From a virus (Duplodnaviria > Heunggongvirae > Uroviricota > Caudoviricetes), in the IMG/VR virus record IMGVR_UViG_3300009709_000001, positions 317,336 to 381,335 of that record: a DNA stretch of 64,000 bases, one strand, 5' to 3'. The notes beneath the pieces were generated by a model that ran no database searches, was not told the DNA's origin, and saw only the letters and a list, made by a program, of their open reading frames with translations. This document shows positions 58,200 through 64,000 of the stretch, in pieces (positions within the stretch are counted from its first letter, which is position 1; each line of letters begins with the position of its first letter). Made by a program: the position numbers and the translations under genes.

Positions 58200-61151
58200 T
58201 CAAAACGCGCTGAAGTCGAATAATGTTTCAAGGTGTGCGTGTTCTTTATTAGTTCTCGAAAGATCCCAATTCAAAACACCTAGAAGATTCTTAACCTTCT
58301 GATCGACAATCGAACCCATCATTTCATCACTGTCAAATGGGAGGTTCAAGAACCAATCTGGTAAATGGGCTTCATCAACCGGATATGCAATGCTACTCAA
58401 ATTGTTTTCGGCATTGATCTTGAGTTTACAAACAATAATCTTCTGTCCGTCAATAATCCTCATTGCATGCTGGTCACGATGAATTTCTTTCAATCGATTC
58501 CACGCAAGGCTTGCTGTAACGTGTCCTGGTACATGCAAGTTACCGACTGTAATACCTTTTGCTTTCTGAATACCTGCAAGTTCAATCTTATCACGATAGT
58601 GAGTTAGCTTGTTAACTGCTCGCGGAGTTCCTTGTTTCCAAGGCTTCAAATCTTCAAACTGTTCTTTAAACAGGCGAATTTTCTCAATAACGGCATTTTC
58701 GCCCTTGTCTAGTAGAGTATCAAGTAAGATCTCAGACAAGAATTTTTGCACGAATTTAGGTGTATCTGCACGCTTCAAATCGAGACCCATAGCCTTGACT
58801 TTACCCGGCTTTCCGTCGACATCATATCTAATGCCGTCCTTATCGTACATCAAGCAAGCATATCTCTTCTTAACAATCCAAATACCTGTTTCGGACACAG
58901 TTTCACGAGACGATGCAATAACACCAGTCGAACGCTTTTGTGGCACATTCAATTTCTTGTTCAAGAACTCGGGGAATGTAGCAGAAACTGCTTTTGCCAA
59001 ATCATTGTAAAGATCGACAATGCTTTCCTTTGTCCACATAATATCACCACGTGCAATTTCTTCACGTAGAATTGGATATGCAGAGAAATAGCACGAGTCC
59101 GTATCACCATAAACAATTGCCTTGCCGTAATGATTATATTCACCAGCAATCATTTCATTTGTCTGAGCTGCCATGTGCTTCGTGATTGTACGACCAGTAA
59201 GCGTTGTGGATTGTCCTAGACGTTGATCGAAGAATCGACTACCTGCATTCAACAAAGCGCCGTATGCCGAGTTCAAGTTAATCTTCTTAACGAGCTGACG
59301 TTTGTCCCAGAAGCCAACAATACGCTTCAAATCCTTTTGATCGCGATGAATTGCTTTACCGTCCTTGACCATAAGGTTGTGTTGATTCATGTACTGAACA
59401 ACTCTCTTCTTATGACCTTCGGCGATAATTTCCTTCAGTTTCTTCGGCTTGTACGATTCCGATTCTGAATAGGGATTAGCCTTCAATTCTACATCACTGA
59501 TATCATCATTTGTGAACAATTCTGCCGGAACTAGAGTACCTTCAATTTTGGAGTTATCCTGAATGTCTTCATAGTTGGTCATAATACCTTGAAGCGTCTT
59601 ACGCTCGGTATACCAACGTGTCAGAATTCCCGGAATAATACCGTCAATATCTGTTCTAAAGATTGTACCGTTTGCACTGATACACCATGGCTGTCCACTC
59701 TTGAAAATCAAGTCATGCAATTCCTTGCCAGTGACTTCAAATTCAGAGCCGTCTTCCATATCAAGAGTTAGCTTATTGGCAATATCTTGATTATAAAAGT
59801 CTTCCATTTCTAGAACGTTGAATCTATCGTTCCACCAGTTAGCGAATGTGTATTTCGCACCTTTCTTTTCCCAAATGCCGATTGCATCGTTTGTACGATC
59901 TAGACGAATCTGTCCAACAATTGTTTCTGGACTCATATTCAGTGCTCTAAGAACCGACGGATACAGAGACTTCATGTCAGTTGAACCAATCCAGCGATGG
60001 AATCCCTTTCTTGGAGTTGCAACCCAGCCACCTGCAGCACGATTTGCTTCTTCGTCGCTACCACGCTTCTTATCTGGACAGATAAGTCCGCGATTGTGTG
60101 CTTCGACAAGTACAGCCTGGTCAGTAACTGCAACCGCACCCATTGTGGTCTGAATTAGAACACAGTTGGCATGTGCAATCGAATTTGCAAGATCCATGAA
60201 CTGGAGCTTCTTATCTAATCGATCAAGAAGTCGCGTATCCTGGATGTTATACTGTAAGAACTGCTCAAAGTCGTCATTGTAGAGTTCGTCAAGCGTACCT
60301 TCGTATTGTACCTTAGTTTCGTTAAGTTCAATTTCCGAGATAGCATTCAACGCATAACTATGTCTTTCTTCATAGTTGTATTTCTTGTAAAGCTGAAGAT
60401 AATCAACGTGAACACGACCAATAAGGTCGTAAGTTGGTTGAGTCTTGCCGCCGCGTTCAAATTCACGAACTTTAGGTTGCTGGTCCCACAGACAAAGTCT
60501 GCGAGCTTCATGCTTACCAAGAACACGCTTGATACGATTTACAACATAAGGAATATCGTATGCTTCACTATTCCATCCACTAAGAATGTCTGCATCTTCG
60601 ACAACGTCAATGAATGCATTAAGCATGTCTGCTTCGTTCTTGAATAGAACTACATTACCTACCTTATTTGCAATTTCATTAGCTTCATCCCAGGTCAATG
60701 TCTCTGGTGGCAATGCCAAGCAGATAATTTCATCTAGCCATTGCAGATGAACAGAAATTGAAGTGATGTAATTTAGTGCTTCGCTTGCTTCTGACCAGCC
60801 CGACTCTTTATCAAAGCTGGTTTCAATGTCGAAGAATGCAATGTTAAGGGAAGGAGCATCTTGCCCCTGATAATTGTGTTCAATACAGCGGAAGATTGGA
60901 TCTACATCCGATTCCCATGTTTTCGTATTGCTTGCCACAGTTTTCATTAGCTTCTGCTTTTCAGCATAGGTGCGTGGCGCTACCTTTTTTACGGAATTAC
61001 CGTAGATGGTCTTATTAAGACCCTTCGGGTCATTAATGAAGAAGTGATAGTCAGGTTGGAATTCCCGGTAAACTCTCTTACCGTTAACACGTTCAACAAT
61101 TTTGATTACTTCGCTATCACCGCCTCTTTTGAACAAGGCGTCAATATACAT
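58200..61151 (-). CDS. family B DNA polymerase (T4 gp43-like) with 3'-5' exonuclease domain
   Basis: Exo I motif 'IAFFDIETSF', polymerase motif C 'VYGDTDSCYF', motif A-like 'MKSLYPSV'; 983 aa. Confidence 0.95.
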   Translation of the reverse strand: MYIDALFKRGGDSEVIKIVERVNGKRVYREFQPDYHFFINDPKGLNKTIYGNSVKKVAPRTYAEKQKLMKTVASNTKTWESDVDPIFRCIEHNYQGQDAPSLNIAFFDIETSFDKESGWSEASEALNYITSISVHLQWLDEIICLALPPETLTWDEANEIANKVGNVVLFKNEADMLNAFIDVVEDADILSGWNSEAYDIPYVVNRIKRVLGKHEARRLCLWDQQPKVREFERGGKTQPTYDLIGRVHVDYLQLYKKYNYEERHSYALNAISEIELNETKVQYEGTLDELYNDDFEQFLQYNIQDTRLLDRLDKKLQFMDLANSIAHANCVLIQTTMGAVAVTDQAVLVEAHNRGLICPDKKRGSDEEANRAAGGWVATPRKGFHRWIGSTDMKSLYPSVLRALNMSPETIVGQIRLDRTNDAIGIWEKKGAKYTFANWWNDRFNVLEMEDFYNQDIANKLTLDMEDGSEFEVTGKELHDLIFKSGQPWCISANGTIFRTDIDGIIPGILTRWYTERKTLQGIMTNYEDIQDNSKIEGTLVPAELFTNDDISDVELKANPYSESESYKPKKLKEIIAEGHKKRVVQYMNQHNLMVKDGKAIHRDQKDLKRIVGFWDKRQLVKKINLNSAYGALLNAGSRFFDQRLGQSTTLTGRTITKHMAAQTNEMIAGEYNHYGKAIVYGDTDSCYFSAYPILREEIARGDIMWTKESIVDLYNDLAKAVSATFPEFLNKKLNVPQKRSTGVIASSRETVSETGIWIVKKRYACLMYDKDGIRYDVDGKPGKVKAMGLDLKRADTPKFVQKFLSEILLDTLLDKGENAVIEKIRLFKEQFEDLKPWKQGTPRAVNKLTHYRDKIELAGIQKAKGITVGNLHVPGHVTASLAWNRLKEIHRDQHAMRIIDGQKIIVCKLKINAENNLSSIAYPVDEAHLPDWFLNLPFDSDEMMGSIVDQKVKNLLGVLNWDLSRTNKEHAHLETLFDFSAF

Positions 61152-61402
61152 TAGCCGAGACCTCCAGCCTTGTATAGTTCTTCAAGTTCGTCCCAATCTT
61201 CACGGGCGTCATTCATTCGACCCTTTTGAACGATCTTGATTAGCTTATTCAACTGTGCTGGTTTGACTTCTAGTTCCTCGGCGATTGCCTTCACTGTTTC
61301 ATTGAGACCTTGCTTCAGGTCTTCGCATTCCTGAAGAACTGATACACCATCTTGAACGAGTTGTTTCAGACGTGTGATATTTTCTTGGCTAAGTTTCGCC
61401 AT
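61151..61402 (-). CDS. hypothetical protein (83 aa)
   Basis: Minus-strand ORF immediately upstream of the pol gene; helical, charged. Confidence 0.45.
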   Translation of the reverse strand: MAKLSQENITRLKQLVQDGVSVLQECEDLKQGLNETVKAIAEELEVKPAQLNKLIKIVQKGRMNDAREDWDELEELYKAGGLG

Positions 61403-62000
61403 TTTTATTTTTCTCCTGCTCTAATTTTCTTTTAGCCCATCGCTCTTTCATCGATGCACTCTGTTTCATTTTTGCTTCAGGCGTCTGTGGTTGTCCCTTA
61501 TTATAAGGCACTCTACCAGACATATTCTTACTCATTGATTCTTTTGCGGATTCTGTGTGTTTGCGACCCAACATCGGGTGCTGCAATTTAGATCTTGCTT
61601 CGGTTGCTTTTTCATAAACCCAGTCGGGTTGTCTTTTGCCGAAAAATGAGCTATTTTCACCAGAGTGTTGCTGTCTTAATTTTTCTCTAATTTCCGGTGT
61701 TTTAGCATCAGACATTTTCTGTTTGGTTTCAGCAGTATGTTTTCTTCCCGAGGCGCCTTCACCACCGTCGGTTAAATTTCTAAGAATACCTGTTCCGATA
61801 TCTTTTCTGCCATACCAACGAATATATCTTCGTTCTAGTGCAAATGCACCTATTTCTGTAAGATTAGACTCGAGTATAATAATCCGAAATTTATCCGGTG
61901 GGACATTTACAGTATGTCGACCGAGAAATCTTTTACCTGATCCTTTACCGATATAATAAGGAGTATTATCTACTCTAAGATAAGCGTAAACATAGAACAT
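61389..62000 (-). CDS. GIY-YIG homing endonuclease with NUMOD3 repeats
   Basis: '[25 protein letters not shown]' is a GIY-YIG core, followed by '[15 protein letters not shown]' NUMOD3-like repeats. Confidence 0.85.
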   Translation of the reverse strand: MFYVYAYLRVDNTPYYIGKGSGKRFLGRHTVNVPPDKFRIIILESNLTEIGAFALERRYIRWYGRKDIGTGILRNLTDGGEGASGRKHTAETKQKMSDAKTPEIREKLRQQHSGENSSFFGKRQPDWVYEKATEARSKLQHPMLGRKHTESAKESMSKNMSGRVPYNKGQPQTPEAKMKQSASMKERWAKRKLEQEKNKNGET

Positions 62001-62079
62001 AAATTACTTACCATTTCAGTAAGTATACTCTAGACAACATTGAAAGTCAAGAGTTTCAATGCAAGTCAAAAAAGGGAGA

Positions 62080-62670
62080 TCAGAATCTTCCGTAGGCATC
62101 CCCGGTAATAGGATCGTTGGTTCCCTTATACATATGGGGATCATAGCCGTGAATTGGAGACAATAAACCCTTGGCTTGATTGTCATCACGTACATCACCG
62201 GTAAATCTGTACATTTGGTCAGGCATTACTCGCTTGAACCATTCGACAATTAGCGGTCTAACATCTTGACCGGGCTCTGATTCTTCGATTGACTTGAACT
62301 GATCTGTTAATTCATCGTCATCAATTAGGCCTTCAATAAAAATCGGTGCTATCACAGCAGGGATTGGTTTCTCAAGCATTTTCTTTGCAAGCTCAAAATC
62401 ATCATTTGAGAGTGGCAAACGATGTACTGCTTCAGATAAGGTATTTGACATGCACATTTCCGGAACTAGGCCTTTAAGTTCACGATAATCTGCACGAAGC
62501 TTATCTTTTAGGAATTCTCTGCCGTTAGGAGATGTTCCTGGGTGCATAATCTTATCAACATATCGATCCATGCGTCCTTGGAGCATGTCAATACGCATGG
62601 CTGTTTGCGGCGAGAGGCTACGATCACTCATAGCCCCTTTCGGTAATAATAGTTCTAGAATTCGCATCAT
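62080..62670 (-). CDS. hypothetical protein (196 aa)
   Basis: Minus-strand ORF. Confidence 0.5.
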   Translation of the reverse strand: MMRILELLLPKGAMSDRSLSPQTAMRIDMLQGRMDRYVDKIMHPGTSPNGREFLKDKLRADYRELKGLVPEMCMSNTLSEAVHRLPLSNDDFELAKKMLEKPIPAVIAPIFIEGLIDDDELTDQFKSIEESEPGQDVRPLIVEWFKRVMPDQMYRFTGDVRDDNQAKGLLSPIHGYDPHMYKGTNDPITGDAYGRF

Positions 62671-62696
62671 GTATTTATCACATGATGCGTCGGTTA

Positions 62697-63101
62697 TTAA
62701 CCGATAGCGAATTCTTCCGCTACGCTTGTAGGAATAAGATCGACATCAAATTCCTTAGCAAATTCAACCAACATTGGAAGAACAAAAACAGTTCCCGGGA
62801 TCGCAAGCAAGAATGCAAAGCGAGTAGAAACCATCAATTCATGTGCTATCTTGTTGGCCTTGGCAATTTCATTTACCGATGCATCACCGGTAGTTGCCTT
62901 CTGATAAATCTGCCACATTTCCTTGCTGTTCTTGGATTCAGCTTGGAAAACGGCCTTAACCTTTTCAAGCAATGCCTTCACATCAGTTTCGTTCTTTGGA
63001 AACTGAGTAAGGTAGCTCGAAGTTACTTTGAAAAATTCTTGTGGGGTCTTTGGAATGGGTCTGAACATATAGTGTCTCCTGTTTATTATTGTGCATTGCA
63101 C
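62697..63101 (-). CDS. hypothetical protein (134 aa)
   Basis: Minus-strand ORF. Confidence 0.45.
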   Translation of the reverse strand: MQCTIINRRHYMFRPIPKTPQEFFKVTSSYLTQFPKNETDVKALLEKVKAVFQAESKNSKEMWQIYQKATTGDASVNEIAKANKIAHELMVSTRFAFLLAIPGTVFVLPMLVEFAKEFDVDLIPTSVAEEFAIG

Positions 63102-63169
63102 GATATTTGTAATGTAGCATATTTACCTCTTGCAGTGCAACATTTCCTTATTACGCGGTAAATATTTGT

Positions 63170-63709
63170 ATGAATACTATCAAATATTGTGCATTACCCG
63201 AATGTGGTAAACCTTTCACTAATTGGAGAAGTTCTTGTTGTTGCAAAAGCCATCAGGGAATCTTTTCGGCTAAAAGTCGACATGGAACACTTGGTAAGCC
63301 TAACATATCAAAAGAGGAATTGAAGATAAAGGCAAAAGATAGAAAAATTCTAAATCAAGAATTTATAGGCCCAAAGAAACCAAAAGAAAAAAGAGTCTAT
63401 ACCAAGAAAGTAAAAACATCTTCCGAATATATAACAATCGAAGAAAGAAAGGCTAAATGGGCAGCTTATATTGCAAATAGGAAGAAGAAAAGGGATCAGT
63501 CAATGCCAGCATGGGCTGACAAAGATAAGATTTTAGAATTCTATATAGAAGCAAGAAAACTTACAAAAGAAACTGGAATACTTCATGAGGTTGATCATAT
63601 TATCCCTTCTAATCATAAGTTAGTCTGTGGTTTACACAATGAGTTTAATCTTCAGATATTAACCAAAGATGAAAATCGTAAGAAAAGTAATAAATTCAAA
63701 ATAGAATAA
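63170..63709 (+). CDS. HNH endonuclease with N-terminal Cys cluster
   Basis: 'ILHEVDHIIPSNHKLVCGLHNEFNLQILTKDENRKK' (HNH: DH..P, N, N); N-terminus CALPECGKPF...CCCKSH; 'GTAAATAT' 4 nt upstream of the ATG. Confidence 0.8.
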   Translation: MNTIKYCALPECGKPFTNWRSSCCCKSHQGIFSAKSRHGTLGKPNISKEELKIKAKDRKILNQEFIGPKKPKEKRVYTKKVKTSSEYITIEERKAKWAAYIANRKKKRDQSMPAWADKDKILEFYIEARKLTKETGILHEVDHIIPSNHKLVCGLHNEFNLQILTKDENRKKSNKFKIE

Positions 63710-64000
63710 TTATTCCGAAATCCTGAGCGAGCGGAAGACTCTACGAAATAGTTCCTTCTTATCTTTGTCGGATAATAGTGTTGGACACCATTTGAAAAAT
63801 TCTTCAAGCTTACCTTGCTGTGCATACTTTCGCATCTTGGATGCACTAACACCATTTACCTTGCCTGAATTATTTCTGAGGCCGGCCGATTTAACATCTA
63901 ATTCAATGCCCCATTCCTTAGCGTAGGGCATCATTCGTTCTGTAAATTCGGAAACTTGATCACTACCCACAATAAGAATGGCTTTATCGTAATTTTTCGA
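63710..64000 (-). CDS. nucleotidyltransferase-superfamily protein (NMNAT/PPAT-like), C-terminal part only; gene runs off window end
   Basis: The reading frame stays open to position 64000 (upstream residues ...AILIVGSDQVSEF...). 'GKVNGVSASKMRKY' resembles the ISSTxIR motif of HIGH-family adenylyl/cytidylyltransferases. Confidence 0.45.
   Translation of the reverse strand, partial: SKNYDKAILIVGSDQVSEFTERMMPYAKEWGIELDVKSAGLRNNSGKVNGVSASKMRKYAQQGKLEEFFKWCPTLLSDKDKKELFRRVFRSLRISE

Noticed and set aside
1-64000. rRNA genes, CRISPR arrays, integrase/attachment sites, transposase genes
   Set aside because: None could be seen. No structured repeat-spacer arrays and no tyrosine or serine recombinase or DDE motifs appear among the ORFs. 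The mobile elements here are free-standing homing endonucleases only.

Overview
This 64-kb window looks like part of a large virulent T4-like myophage genome. About 95% of it is coding, almost entirely on the minus strand, with many short overlapping ORFs. Background GC is roughly 40-45%. Recognisable genes on the minus strand include a family-B DNA polymerase with a putative sliding clamp just downstream. There is also a T4-type RNase H/flap endonuclease, an endonuclease VII-like resolvase, an RtcB RNA ligase and a lambda-type Ser/Thr phosphatase. Other identifiable products are a macro-domain protein, a DHH/DHHA1 phosphoesterase, an S11-type DD-carboxypeptidase and an SPFH/flotillin-like protein. 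The window also holds a MoxR AAA+ ATPase with a VWA/HExxH partner, a classical AAA ATPase, and a 7-deazaguanine DNA-modification gene set (QueE, QueD, DpdA/TGT-like) with a GT-B glycosyltransferase-like gene nearby. One tRNA-like gene is present. Eleven free-standing homing-endonuclease genes (5 GIY-YIG, 5 HNH, 1 PD-(D/E)xK type) are interspersed, and five of the eight plus-strand CDS are homing endonucleases. Several discrete islands of about 60-70% GC interrupt the lower-GC backbone. These islands carry the MoxR, VWA, AAA, SPFH, Ala-rich and secreted/membrane proteins, and three of them end in similar GGGCC-core hairpins. Two tandem arrays of small paralogous ORFs are also present. No rRNA genes or CRISPR arrays were seen.
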